Source: Bigelowiella natans CCMP2755 (lineage: Eukaryota; Protista; Cercozoa). Taken from it: 63,977 nucleotides of DNA. The translations under genes were made by a program, and so were the position numbers. Under the pieces are notes generated by a model that worked only from the letters and a program-made list of their open reading frames with translations, was not told the DNA's origin and did not search any database. Shown piece by piece: positions 29,427-42,819 of this stretch. The first letter of the stretch is position 1, and every line of letters starts with the position of its first letter. The stretch covers positions 1-63,977 of the forward strand of contig ADNK01000118.1 in the NCBI GenBank assembly GCA_000320545.1, in the 5' to 3' direction.

Positions 29427-30449
29427 TGTACCCACACATAAGCAAAACGATGGTTTCTTCTGATAAGGTGTTTTCGTTTTCCGTAGATCGTGGAAGAGGA
29501 GCTTATGTATCTTGGTGCGCCGCTAATCATTGAAATTCATCCTCCGTCCCGCCACAGAGGCGTTGCAGCAAAGCATTGGTACTGTAGATGAATTTGCGCG
29601 TGACTTGTTGCGGATGGTGTTGGTAGGCCATGGGAGAAACGCGGAATGGATACGGCTGAATGCAAGCGCAGATGCTCTTGCATCACTCAGCAACTGCGAG
29701 GTGCGTTTATTATCTTCAAGGGATATCGAGGACTTGATTCTTAGCTATTCCTAGATTCTGCATGCACCGACAGTACGTACTTCAAAACGATGATAATTAG
29801 GTTTCAACGATTGCTGGCACAGGAAAGGCAGGGCATAAAGATGGGTAGTAGAGGGGGGCGGGGGGGGAGGGGGAAGACGGTGATCTCTACGAATTCACTT
29901 CACCAAACTCATAACGGGCCGCGAACTGTGTCGCACTGAACAAGCTTCTCCCCTCCCCTCTCTCCATCAATCTGGCTCTGCTTCATACGCAAAACACCCA
30001 CGCGCGCGCGCGCGCGCACACACACACATGTGATGTGTGTATGAAGAGATAGATAGAGAGAGAGAGAGAGATCATAATCCCACCACAGTATTTTATGTAT
30101 GGTAATCAATATCGTTTGTTACTGTTGTTACTGACCTCTTTCAGGCCTGCAAACGAGACCTTGATGGCCCTTCCTCATGGTAGTAGTAGTAGTAGTAGTA
30201 GTAGTAGTATGCTCCCTGCACATCATTGTAACTATCAGGACTTATGACATTATTTAAAGGTATTGCGTACGATGACGACGGGAGCTTGCTTATCGCTGAT
30301 ACGTACAACGACTGGTGCGTTTTCTTCCTTTTCTTCTTCTTCTTCATCATCTTTAACTTAATCCTTTATATATACTCATCCTCTTGTTCCCATCATTCTC
30401 CTGCCCGGGTTTCTTCGTTCACATCTTCTCACATCTCTCTTCCCCCCGT

Positions 30450-30519
<70 letters not shown>

Positions 30520-32103
30520 TGGTGACGCCATAGCATACGAGTTCTATCGCCATCTGGAGAAATGACGACGCTGGTCGGTAATCCAGATGAAGACCCGGGA
30601 CTAGCTGATGGCACCGGTAGAGCAGCTTCATTAGAATTAAGAGATGGGGAGGGGCAAAGAGAGATTAATAGGTAGTGAACTTCCTTAGGAGATAAGGGAC
30701 CTGCGTATATGTGTGAGTGACAGTGGGTGTGTGTGTGTGCTAGTTTTGGAATACAGTGCCTCCTCTCCCTCCTCCTTCTCCTCCCTCCTCCTTCTCCTCC
30801 TCCTCCTCCTCCTCCTCCTCCTCCTCCTCGCTTATTGTGCAAACAAATTTGGTTGTGGTGCTAGGTACGGACGTGCGGTTCTACATGCCTCTAGGCATCG
30901 CACGACATCCTTCCGGTGAGTGAGTGAGTGAGTGGTCAGGGGCAGGGATGGGGAGAGGAAGAAACAACAATTACAAGTTATCATCGAGAATTGCGATTGA
31001 AAAAAAACAATAAAAACATGTGGTATGTAGGTGACTTTGTCTGTAAAATGTAAATGTATATGTAGGTGACTTTATCGTAACGGACGGCTACAATCAAGCC
31101 CTGCGACGAATACGCCGATCCACGCGAAAGGGTCTGTTTGCGCTACATTTCCCTTTTACCACGCACGTACAAACAGTATATGGATGCAAAATTTATTGAG
31201 GAGGTTACTTTTCTGAAGGCCTCATCCCCCCCCCCGTCGTCCCTCCGTCTCTTAAGTGGTGTGCTTGGCGCTGTACATATCTATCATCCATGAACGTCAC
31301 TCATAATCGGTCTCTTCCTCTCCCATCCCCTCCCTCTCTCTCTTTCCATAGTGACGACTGTCGGATACATCGAGAGAGATAAGGAAAATCGGTGGGCAGC
31401 TGGAGGACCCTTTAAGGTTTGCTCATCCCCTCCCCCCCCCCCCCTCCCCCCTGCACACACCCCGGCTGTTCCTCTCTTCCTATATGTCGATTGGGAATAC
31501 TAAGATCAGTCACGCACCTCCGTAGGGTCAGCTAATGGGAGTGAGCGTATCGTCAAACGGGGCCGTATTCATGACTGATGCACAGGTCTTACAGAAGAAG
31601 TAGTGCCAACTGCAACGCTGCAGCCGAGAGGAGAGACGTTTCTGCTCCTCACCCTTTTGTGCGTTTGGGAATGCAGCATAGTTTGGTGGTTGTGATGGTG
31701 GAAAACTGCTTGGATCGTCCGATACGACTACCTTAGCAGGATCATGTTGTCCTACATCAACATCATAATCATAATCATCATCATCATCATTATCATCGTC
31801 TTCATCGTCGTTACATCCTCATCATCTGCTGCTACTTTCTCTATCTCTCTTTCTTTCTCGCTCTATCTATCTCCATGGCTACAATCCCGTCCGTGCTAAA
31901 TCAGGTTGACCAAATTATGACCGTGGGGCGAGTCGAGCGAAACATCAGCCAGGAGGAGCTCAAGGAGATGAAATGGAACAAAACGGCACCGCCCCCCGAC
32001 CTCGCCATCCTTTCGTACGATGACCGACGACTGAAGCAATACTTATATTTTATGAAAGATTGCGCAAAGACGAATAGAAGAAAAGCATGCCTTGTTTGTG
32101 CAA

Positions 32104-32135
<32 letters not shown>

Positions 32136-32717
32136 TTACAAGTGTACTGCTTGTCCCCTTGGTCGTTGGCTTTGTTGCAGATTTTCAGGAGAGGGCTCAT
32201 CAGGATCACGAGACGGCGACTTCGAGTAAGGCAGTAGTATCCTATTTGAGTAGTAGGAGAAATAGTAGTAGAAATATAGATGAATTAGGAAGAAGATAGT
32301 CATAGTTTCTCTGTAGTTTCTCTGGAATTTGGTGTTTATCATTGTGCTCTGGTGGAGATCTGCCCTCGTCCCTTCTTGTCCACCGTCGTTGTCTTCTTAT
32401 GATTGTCATTCTAGATACGCTCGCTTTGCCCAGCCTGAAGGAATCATCTTCGACGAAGAGGTAGGAAGGCGTTGTGGTGTGTGCGCGTGTGTGTGTTTCC
32501 CTCTCGTATCTACCTCCTGTCCTATCCGAGGATGTACGCGGTGTGTAACCACTCCAATTTCATCATCACATTTGAACAGCTTCTGACTTCCTGTTGCCCC
32601 CCCCCCCTTCCTCCTCCTCCTTCTCCTCCTCCTCCTTCTCGTATATCCGTTCCTTCTCCCTCAAACTAGAACGACGTGTTGTTGGTCTCCGACTACCATG
32701 GCCACCGTATCCGCCAG

Positions 32718-32749
<32 letters not shown>

Positions 32750-33054
32750 TGCACAGCAAGCTTGCCTTAGTGTTCTATTAGTGAAGGGCCTTAGCTGCTT
32801 TATCTCGTTTCTCGTTACTACGCATCACGACCAACCTCTTTGGGGTTAAGTTGTTGTAGCTGATGAGAGACGTTCGTGTCCATCGCCTTTTCGCTCACCC
32901 CCCAAACCCCGCTCAATCTCTTCTCTGGCCCTGTCTTTGTGTTTCTGACGAGCAGGTGGATATGGAGGGCGACGTTATTACGGTGATAGTTGCATTAAAT
33001 TGTCAATCATAATGCAGCGCAAAAATAGAGAATGAGTGAGAGCGGGAGAGGGAA

Positions 33055-33087
<33 letters not shown>

Positions 33088-33902
33088 AACATTTATCGTC
33101 CTGCCTGTCTTCAGTGCTGTCGCTGATTTCTTCCTTCCTCCCAATATTGATTTCCCGTTTGATGTTGGAACTCCCACAGGTGGCGGGGATGAATGCGGAA
33201 GAACAGTACGCGGCGAGGGGCCACGTTGACGGCCCGGTCACCTCCGCACGATTTCACCACCCGCACGCTCTGGGTGAGGAAAACGCACCTCCTCATCACA
33301 TGAATCTCGATCCCACCGCGGAGCTGAGAATCATTTCTTATTCCGATGTGCAGTTGTTTTTCCTTGGTGTTTTCTGTTTTAATGCGAACACATTTCACCG
33401 TATAGATGGTGGCTTTATGTCGCCGCAGGAGTGGTGGCCACTATCACTACTACCACTGCTGCTACCACTGCTAATACTGCTACTATTACAACTAACTACT
33501 GCTACTCCTTGGAGGTGATAGTGGCGATTAGGGGTTTTGAAGCAATTGTTTTCTCCCAAATCGATGAGATCATCTGTGTTCCCTCATCCTCCTCCTCCTC
33601 CTCCGCGTATACACCACAGCGTTCGACAAGTGGCGGAATCTTATTGTCGCCGAGGACTACCACGTCCGAATCATATCTCCAGATGGCAACGTATGTCACA
33701 TGCGGATATCTCGACTTGCACACAGATTCTTTCCATTTGTATCCCTTCCATCTCATCCTCCTCCTCCACCTCTTCTCCCATCTCTGCGTACCACTCACAT
33801 GTTTTCGTGACACCTTCCGCCAGGTTCAGACGTTGGCTGGGGAAGGGCCTAATGATAAGCCGCGCGATGGGCCTGGTTTATTGTCAAGATTCCAGCGGGT
33901 GT

Positions 33903-33936
<34 letters not shown>

Positions 33937-34173
33937 GTTTTACTTCATCCAGCTGACAAAAAAAAAGAATACTGCGTTCACTGTTGGCGCCCGATTGACA
34001 ACTCTCTCTCCCCTGTTATGTTCATTTCCCATCTATACGGGCAGGTGTACGACATCGCGATGGCACCAAACGGTGATCTAGCGGTCACGGACACGTTTAA
34101 TAATAAGATTAGGTTCATACACCGAAACTTAGACGCAAACGGCAACCCTCAGCCGTTCTCAGACGATGCATGA
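28567..34173 (+). CDS. NHL-repeat beta-propeller protein with a probable bipartite (signal + transit) leader, multi-exon
   Basis: Leader MGPRRWSLFTCAEILPLFVLLFLLSRL followed by an R-rich segment. NHL repeats GIAYDDDGSLLIADTYND, FYMPLGIARHPSGDFIVTDGYNQALRRI, ARFAQPEGI, DGPVTSARFHHPHAL, VYDIAMAPNGDLAVTDTFNNKIRFI. Confidence 0.85.
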
Positions 34174-35258
34174 TGAATAATCGGGAGATATTCCACAGGG
34201 GAAACTTTCCTCTTCGGGGTCCACAACACCTACAACAGCGGTGGAGCGAGGAGAATGCAAAAATGCAATAGCGCAATAGCAGACGAACTTAAATTCGCAT
34301 GATGTTGTGCCACCTTTCGATTGCGAACGTACTTAAAATTTACGTGGTGTTCTGTGTCATCTCTCGTTTGAACTAGTGAAGTTGGTTTGTCAACCTCTGC
34401 GCACAATAGTGCGCGCTTTTTACATGCGCGATGCAGCAGCTAGCATGCGCCGGCTTGATGCTTGTAGGCAGTGGGAGCGCGACACCGCATGCTGTCATGT
34501 GAAAATGACTTAAGACATCAGCAAGGTGTGACCATGTGTTGCGTAGCGTCACGCGCATGACTCCATCACTGAGCGTGTCAAGCATGCAAACATTGTGACA
34601 TCAGCATGTACACGTTAAGTTCATGTTCGGCTCCAATAAAAAAAAAAGCAAGGAGCCGCGTTTTTGCGGCGTGCACGCTAGCACGCATCGATCAACATTC
34701 ACAAAGACTGTGACAACTAGACAATATAACAAACATAGCTCATCTTGATCATCTTGTTCCACACGCATCGCGCATGCATCTGCATCATTTTAGCAACGCG
34801 CGCGACGACGGCACTACAACAAGCACCGTACATTCTCAGGACTACCCAAAAATAGTGCCGGTCACATGGTTACATACAGATTCTAGCATTTGACATTGCT
34901 AGCAAGAAGCACCGATGATGCTGGAACGATGGTGGGTCACGCTTGAGTTGCGATCATCAATTGACTTTCTTGTGCGTGTGAAAGAGACAACGCAACGTTA
35001 CGGCACATGCTGGCGCCTGCACATAGCCTAGTCCGACTCTGCACGTGTTGTAGCCTCCATTTAATAACTCGTTCGGAATGCGGACAACAAAAAGTGTAGA
35101 CTCTTTTAAAAAACATATATGCACATTGAATGTAATAACGTCAAAGAAATTCCACAGATGTTATTCCCTGCAAAATTGCAAGTAGGCTTCACGTTTGTGC
35201 ACTCTGATGCTCATAAAAATCTATTTTATGTTTTCAGAATACATGAAGTAAGCAGCCA

Positions 35259-36122
35259 TCACGTGGAATCAAGACTTTGTTTCTCAGCCTCACGCATTGC
35301 GCGCCTTCGTCTCCGCTGTTTTTCCAACCCTGTAAGCCAGTCTAGAAGTCGATACGCGAAACTTGGCTTATATGGTTTCGCCTCCCGGAAGGGCAAAGGC
35401 CTTCCGATGGCATACAGAACTCCGAATATACCGCCCACACCACCTGTATTTCCTTGTAGACGGTCAATAACATAGCCATTGGTGAACTTTATGATCTGAC
35501 CCCTATCGTTGAAAGTAAGAGAGAGCGTCTGAGGGGGGGATTCTACAGTCATGCCCGTTGGTGGTATAGCAGGAGTCGCAAAGGCCCCGGTGTGCGTCCC
35601 AATCTGTCGGGAGTCAACCCATACGCGGTTCGGCTCAAAGGGGTCATTGCGAAAGTTGTAATACCGGAAGTTGTTGTCGGGAAATGCCTCATCAAAGCCA
35701 AACTGCGTGTTCGCCTCAACGAGCTCTTGCCTATCTAGCGGACCCACAACGGGCCCCCTGAACTCGAAGTCTTCGCTGAACATGCCGTCATTCCAGTCTT
35801 GGGCGCTCATGTTGAAAAAGTTCTTCGCCTTTGTTATCAATTCTTCGGGAGGGATCGGGAAATCCGAGTCTTCCAACATGCTTGTGGCGTCCACCACTTG
35901 CGGATACTCTTTCTCAAACTTCAGACCGGCCTTCCCTAACACCATGACATCCCTAGCTTCCGAGATTTTCCCAGTTACCCTATGAGAACTACACGGGCTA
36001 AACGTATTGCTTGCTGACAACCGAACTCGGACTCTACGCCCAAGACAGGGAAGAGCCAACGTCAACCACGTGGCAAAATGAACCTGCTTTCGGGAGAGGC
36101 ACCCCATAGATGGTTCGCTCAT
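35259..36122 (-). CDS. SnoaL/NTF2-like conserved algal protein with probable bipartite plastid leader, single exon
   Basis: 287 aa. Hydrophobic N-terminus plus RRVRVR segment; FSEDFEFRGPVVGPL, DPFEPNRVW, GTHTG...PPTG, GYVIDRLQGNTGGVGGIFG. Confidence 0.75.
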   Translation of the reverse strand: MSEPSMGCLSRKQVHFATWLTLALPCLGRRVRVRLSASNTFSPCSSHRVTGKISEARDVMVLGKAGLKFEKEYPQVVDATSMLEDSDFPIPPEELITKAKNFFNMSAQDWNDGMFSEDFEFRGPVVGPLDRQELVEANTQFGFDEAFPDNNFRYYNFRNDPFEPNRVWVDSRQIGTHTGAFATPAIPPTGMTVESPPQTLSLTFNDRGQIIKFTNGYVIDRLQGNTGGVGGIFGVLYAIGRPLPFREAKPYKPSFAYRLLDWLTGLEKQRRRRRAMREAEKQSLDST

Positions 36123-36423
36123 TAGATACCTCGAGATATCTCAGAGATATCAGCGGGCATTTTAAGCCTGCGTCTTACATCTTTCGGCTTGCCGCTAAAA
36201 TAAAATCCCTATTTCGAAAATTCTGGGAGAATTTTTTTCCCAAGCACTTACTTCCTATCGCCGGGGGAAATCCGTGCGAAATGTTAACGGAGATCCTAAT
36301 GTTCCTTTGTCGCCGGGCAAAAAAGGCATCTCAAATTATCGGTAAATCTTTGGGAGATTGTCTGGAGATCAAGTGCTCAGTACTCCTTCCGATCTCTGAT
36401 AAGAGACCCGAGCCAGCAGAAGG

Positions 36424-38412
36424 ATGGAGGAGCTCCGCCCGTATGGGCTGCGTGTCTCCCCGGATGGCATGGCCCGGTGCAAAGAGCTCCTCGAGGAGAG
36501 GAAGCTTAATGTATCGGATCCACGAAACCTTTTCAAGGCCGCCGTAGATGTCAGTACAACGTGACACCTGTCTTTTGAAGTAGGGTGGTGGTAGCCGATA
36601 CGATGGGGTTCGGACGGGAAGAATTGCTATTGGTTGTGCTTGCAGCGGAATGACTTTTGTTTTGTCTTATGGTCTTTCCCAGCTAAGCTTGAAAGAAATA
36701 GGCAATGAGACCCTTCCAAAGGATCTTAGTTCCGTCAGCAAGGTAATGAGACGTCTTGACCGAATTTCCTTTTGCAAGCATTTGCGCAAATGCATCTGGC
36801 AATGTAATGGTTAAGCATTCTCCTGAACGTGATGCTTCAATATCGTGAAAATAAGAGGAATAGATGAATGAATCTGAAGGTTGATGGCGGTCGTGCGTGG
36901 TTCTTCTTTGCCTACCCTTTCCCCGCAGATCGAGGGCCGAATTGTCCTGCAGGTTGTACGTAGTGAAAACATGGCCGTGCCTTCGATAAACAAAACGTCC
37001 AAAGGTACTGAGATAAAAAACTACCATGCTTATCCCTTTAACCGCTAGTTTTAGTTTATCCTACCCTCCCTTCATAACCCTGATTTTTACAAAAAATTCT
37101 CTGCTTCCAGGCCAACCTCGAATGCTGGGCATAACGGTGCGTATGCAGCTTCATCATAGTATCTATGTTTAATCCGATCCCGTAGTTAGTTGACGGCGAC
37201 AGAAGACATCAATGCAAGATTCATTGATGCGGTGTTGCCTGTGTATGAGCTCACTCTCTGATCTTTATGTTTCGAGTATTCTGCAGCAAAACTTCGTGTC
37301 GTGATACAACCGAATTTTGTAGGTTAGCGACGGAAAGACGAAGTGCAAAGTCGTTGAGTTTGAGCCGACACCAGCATTGAGGTTGGTAAAATATCTTCCG
37401 CCCTGACCATCCTCTGACTAATTCCTTCTTTCCTGCTGCATATTCGACATCACAGAACCCCACTGCCACCGGGAACTAAGCTTGTGCTCGACAGTCCGCA
37501 ACTCTGTAACAATAGCGATTCTAGAAGCTATGAGGATGACAATGATGATAATGATGATGATGATGGTGATGATGATAGTGATGGTGATAGTAGCGGGGGT
37601 GGTTCTTGAATGCTGATCATGGTGAAGTTGATAAATGAGCAGCAGGTTGTTGCCTGAACAATACCCCCACTGGCTGTTGTTTGTCTTAGTCAAGGGGATG
37701 GTGCTTCTAACACCAGCGTCCTTCGCTGATTCGTGCGGTAAGGTGGAGCGCCTTCTCAACTCTTGGAAGCTACACCAGGTCACACTAGTTTTCTTGGTCC
37801 ACGATCAAGCCTTTCATGTTTTGTTGTTTCCTAGTTTCCTCGATAGAAGGGCATGGCATCAGGACACACAGAGCACACACACACACACACACACATACAC
37901 ACACACGTACACATACACACACGTGCGTTTGTCCGTACTTTACCCGAACAGTACAACATGCATTTAGAGTCTCGTGGAGAATTATCATCATCATTATTAT
38001 TAACATAAATAATAATAATAATAATAATAATACTCATATGTGTTGACGTGGCCGATTATTACTAGGATGCGCACAAGCGGCTAGACCCTTCCCAAGGCCT
38101 TCCGCCCAAATTCACACCCCTCACTCGTGGCAAGGGGGATAGTAACCAAGGCCGCCGCAACCGCCATACCAACGGCGATACCGACGTGAAAAGCGTTGGC
38201 GGGCACAAGGGGACAGGGAAGAGGGAGAGGACTGAAAAGAAGAAGGAGAGGAGTGAGAAGAAGAAGATGAAGAACGTAGGTGGGAAAGGTCACAAACAGG
38301 TGATGATGAATAAGGCAAAAGAGCATGTCCAGGTACAGGGACTGCTGCTTCCTCGAAAGGATAAAGAGAGACACCACAGAAATCAGCAGAATCAGGAGCA
38401 GAAGCATCAGCC

Positions 38413-38445
<33 letters not shown>

Positions 38446-39373
38446 CCGAGTGGATTTGGGAGCTCGGGAGATACAGCAGCAGCAGCAGCAGCAGTCTAAA
38501 GAGAGCGCTCCTCTTTCCTCCTCGCATCGTTATCAACAGCATCGTCATCGTCTGCAGCAGCGGCAAGAAGGGGGTGGAGGGGACCACCACCAAAATCAGC
38601 ACTATAGCCGCCCTTCTTCCCTTCCGTCCCCTGACACTGTTACCGCTGCTGACTCCAGGCTGCTGCGTGCTCCAAGTCGAGTACCATGTGTTTCTGACTG
38701 GGAGCTAATTACGAAGATTTGTGAGGAGGAGGCGGAGGAGGAAGAGGAGGAGGAGGAGGATTGTGCCACGGCGGATGATGAAAGTTCTTCATTCCCTAGT
38801 GGTGATCGGGGCCGTCAGAAGAGGAATGGAAAGGGAGTTAGGAAGAAGACGGCAAAGTTGAACAGAAGAAGGGAATCTGTTCTGCTGCCGGCTAGGATCT
38901 ACAATGTGCAAATGTATAGATTGCCGTAATCAGATAACGACGACGACGACGATGATGATGATGATGATGATAATGATAATGAATGAGGGTTTGATGAAAT
39001 CCCTTTCCCTCTATCTGTTCTTCCTGACCGGCAGGTTTGGACCGCGCTCGCCTACCGACTCTTTCAGTGCAATGGTGTGTGGAGAGAATCGCAAAATATG
39101 TGCACGCTGCGGATTCGTTTGCATGGTGTCGGTATATATATTTTCGGAACAAGATTTGAAAGAATTTTCTGATGTACCTCTTTCCGCATTCCCATCCACC
39201 CTCCTCCCTTGTTCTTTTCCCGCTGCTCCCACTCCCTCCTAGCTAACAATCGCTGATGCGAAGAACGTCGCGATGGTAGTGAAAGCAAGCAGCATGCTCT
39301 TCAAGAAGATGTTGGGCTGCTCCGATGATGTGGTCGAGAGTGCCTCGCAGACTCCTCAAGGTGTTAAAAGTAA

Positions 39374-39404
<31 letters not shown>

Positions 39405-40451
39405 TCCTTCTGCTTCTTGCTGTCTCACCTTTCCCATCACGTCGTGTGACTCATTCACCTTTCTCCGGCAGGGCAAAAATTACTTCATGCGAACATGCAA
39501 CGGTGGTTGAACATGCGCTGTTTATGCCAAATTGAGCTTCACCATGACCCGCGGCTTGTAACGGCGATAGGCCTCTTTGCAGCTGCTACTGGCACTGCTT
39601 CTTCTTCTTCTCTGCCACAGAATGAGAAAAAAAAGGGTTCTTCACGTTCAAAACGTGATCGACGGCGACCAACTCAGACAAAACAGCTGGGCCACCAGCA
39701 GCAGCAGCATCAGACACGGAAGAGTGAATCTGACAGCAGTCACTATTCCAAAAGTGGGAGCAACACTAGAACTTCCTCTACCGCCAGCGACAATGGCGTT
39801 GATGAAGACGATGTACGGAGCCGTAGGAGGAGAGGGAGGGGGAAGGATATGCAGTACGACAACGATACATATAGGAAAAATCGATTGGAGGATCTGAAGA
39901 AGAAGAAGGAGAAGAAGAAGAAGAATGTTAGGGCTGCTAAGACATCTAAGAAGGGACCCGATCAACGCGACCATGGTGACGGCGCATGTGGAGATGCAAG
40001 CACCAGCAGCACAGTTTCTTCTGGAAGAGGAGTGGGGGTTCGACGGCGTCAACATCCAGCTAGTGGAGGGAACATGTCCAACGAAATACTCCCCGACAAA
40101 ATTAAGGGGGGTAGGAGTATGGCGAATAATGGGAATGCTAGCAGCAGCAGCAGCAGAAGCAACAGCAGCAGGCGGAGAGGAACTAAAAGTAGCGGTGCCA
40201 CCAATATAGGTGGTGGGAGTCAACATAAAAACAACAGAAGTAATAGCGGGAATAACACCAAGAATGTCGCTGGGAGTAGTGAGGAGAACAAGAGTAGGAG
40301 GAACCGAAAGTCGCACCAAGGGGGGCAGGATGGGAGAGCTAGTGGAGTTGCTGGGGAGAACAGTGTAGGAAGTAGAAGTAGTAGAACCAAAATAAAGAAG
40401 AATAAAAGTGACAAAAACGGGTCGAGGTGGAAACCCAAAGTTCCCACATGA
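36424..40451 (+). CDS. TDRD3-like protein (RMI1-type N-terminal OB fold) with long low-complexity C-terminus, multi-exon
   Basis: MEELRPYGLRVSPDGMARCKELL...AAVD|LSLKEIGNETLP...IEGRIVLQVVRSENMAVP...QPRMLGIT...LPPGTKL...KGMVLLTP...GKVERLLNSWKL...GLPPKFTPL follows the TDRD3 N-terminal pattern. It is followed by Q-, S/R/K-rich exons (38186-38929, ~39530-40451). Confidence 0.8.
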
Positions 40452-41242
40452 CTGCTGACTGGATAACTGGTCTAATGGTGTCTATTACCACAAAGTGCTA
40501 CAGCATGTACAATTATTTACATGATTACACGTCTAGACGTGTCATGCTAGCACTAGTGCATGCAATTGGCTAGCTGGTACATGCTAGCATGACTTGTCTG
40601 CTCAATTGCAAGAATTGCTACGCTTCTCTAGTTCTAGATGATTTAGTCAGCACTAGAGTATCATCTAGTCATGTGTGCTAGCTAGCTAATATGCATTGCT
40701 AGATTGAGGAAAAAAAATGAGCACTGCATCGCAATGCTAGAATCTAGGAATGTTTGCGAAGGACCGTGCTGATGTGACACCTTTCTAGCCTTGCTTACTA
40801 GCTAGCTAGCTAGCTAGGAATTTTTGTGTTGCGCTCCTACTTGACTGCTTAGTCTAGAAGTGTACTCTAGTGCTGCGTGTCTGCAGAGCGCGAGAATATT
40901 CTAGTTGTTATGCACACATGCACAGCACAATGTGAAACATGCTTCCGTATTGAGCAGCACTAGCACAGCTGCAACTTTCAAAATTTAACGATCAACCACT
41001 TCTTTATGATTGAGCGTCGCTAGCAAACGTTTGCGTGGATTTCATGGCAGCTTCTTTCCATGTTCGTGTGCTATGTGTAGACATTACAGGAGACAATTTT
41101 GCAAACGCGTTTCTGATGACAATGGTCACAGTGCTACACAATGCATAAACGGTGTGTCTATGGGGATGCACGCATTGTTCGCAAAAATGAAACTACTTAG
41201 ACTAAGCTGGCGATTTAAAGTCGAATCAATTTGAACTAATTT

Positions 41243-42719
41243 CTAAGGGAGTGCTGAAACCAAGCGAACGAAAGCAGAATAATTCATTACATCCTTGTTA
41301 TCTAATTTATAATTGAAAACACAAAACTCATATTATCTTTATAAAAAATGAAAAATGATTAGAGAGAAACTTATGCATTTGAATGGGAGCGAGGACCAAC
41401 GGAACAAAAAGAGTGAAAGACATACCCCCCTTTACGAAAGTATCGAACGTCTTGTCGACTTCCTCCATGGTAATATCCACCTGTACAACAATGCGAGTTT
41501 AGGACGAGATCAACAGTAAAGGTTTTGTACACTGAGAACCATATTTATGGTACCTGCAATCTTGTAGTGTAATCAATAAATGATTGTTTTGTAATAGTTT
41601 TGGAGGCAGTATCACCGGCAAAACGATGGAAAACATCCTATTTATATCAAAATAATATTTTAGCATAATATATTTCATCAAAAGCTCTTTAATAACACGT
41701 GCGCATAAGTATGTGGACTAGGTAACCTTCATTCTTTATTAATCATAGTTCAAACCTTAAGTTTTCCCTGGCTGTGGATATGTTCTCCAAGTTTTTTGCA
41801 TTTTTTTCCTTCTATGCACTGGACATCACGTTGTATTTGCATTAAATAATAATCTCAAAATTAACTAAAGATAATAATTTGTTACTTTTGTAGCTGCTGA
41901 ATTTTCAGAACTGGGACTTTCCCCTCCAAGCTGGATAGTACTTTTGCCACCAGGACCATAATGGACTTTGATATTGCTTTTCTTTGGTTCTTGGGCTCCA
42001 GGCTTGGTGGATCCCTGGGCACCAAACTGAATTGAGGATTCACCTCCTGATAATAGAGATTTAGGACATCCGTTAAAAATTTACAAAACCTGAATATTAC
42101 CTGGAGAAGAATTCAATCGAACAGATGCTTTATTAGTTACAGGTTCAGGCGCATCGTCATCAAAGCTGTAAGTTGTCCTGTAGGTGGCGCTAACTTTTCT
42201 TTCGGGGCTTATGAGATTGCTAGCTTCAGTTTTAGCTGCTTTTTCATCGTTGTCTTGCTCGGCAGATTTGACAATACTCACGCCAGCAACCCGAGCGAAG
42301 ATATCCACCAGTGTTTCATCTGGAATATGTTTATTTAGTTTTTGTACTTATGCCACATAAAATATTCTATTTGTCATGTGTTTTTAACTCGAACAAAATC
42401 TGTGCACAAATACGCGGATACCTGGACTTCCTTCGAATTCTTTCATCGCCTGCACATAGGCTGCGGAGAATTCAGCGATCTAATTTATGTACAGACAATT
42501 AGATGGAGGATAGCGGAGAGCAGTCGATTAGCAAGTAACCTGTGCCTTCTTGTTGAGGTTCATCGTGCAGGTCTGGGTTTGTTCCGATTCGATCGAAACG
42601 CTGGAAGATTTGTGGAAGATTTGTGCTGCTGCCAACACTTGTTTCACATCCAGCCTATTTGTGTCCAGAATGTTGACTATTTGATTGCATTTAAAACTTG
42701 CGACAATGTTACTTTTCAT
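41243..42719 (-). CDS. Protein with a C-terminal EF-hand-like pair, multi-exon
   Basis: MKSNIVASFKCNQ... exons ending DVFHRFAGDTASKTITKQSFIDYTTRLQ|VDITMEEVDKTFDTFVKG|DVMNYSAFVRLVSALP*, with short GT-AG introns. Confidence 0.6.
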
Positions 42720-42819
42720 CTTCCAGATATATCCCACGGGATCGGCGTGTACTTTTTCCCGCAAAGATCAGGAAATCAGGATTGTAAGTGGGCAATGGAA
42801 CAAATGATCAGACCTACTT

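Noticed and set aside
38880-38930. CXC/tesmin domain (MCKCIDCRN)
   Set aside because: Out of frame with the long TDRD3-like exon and lacking the rest of the motif.
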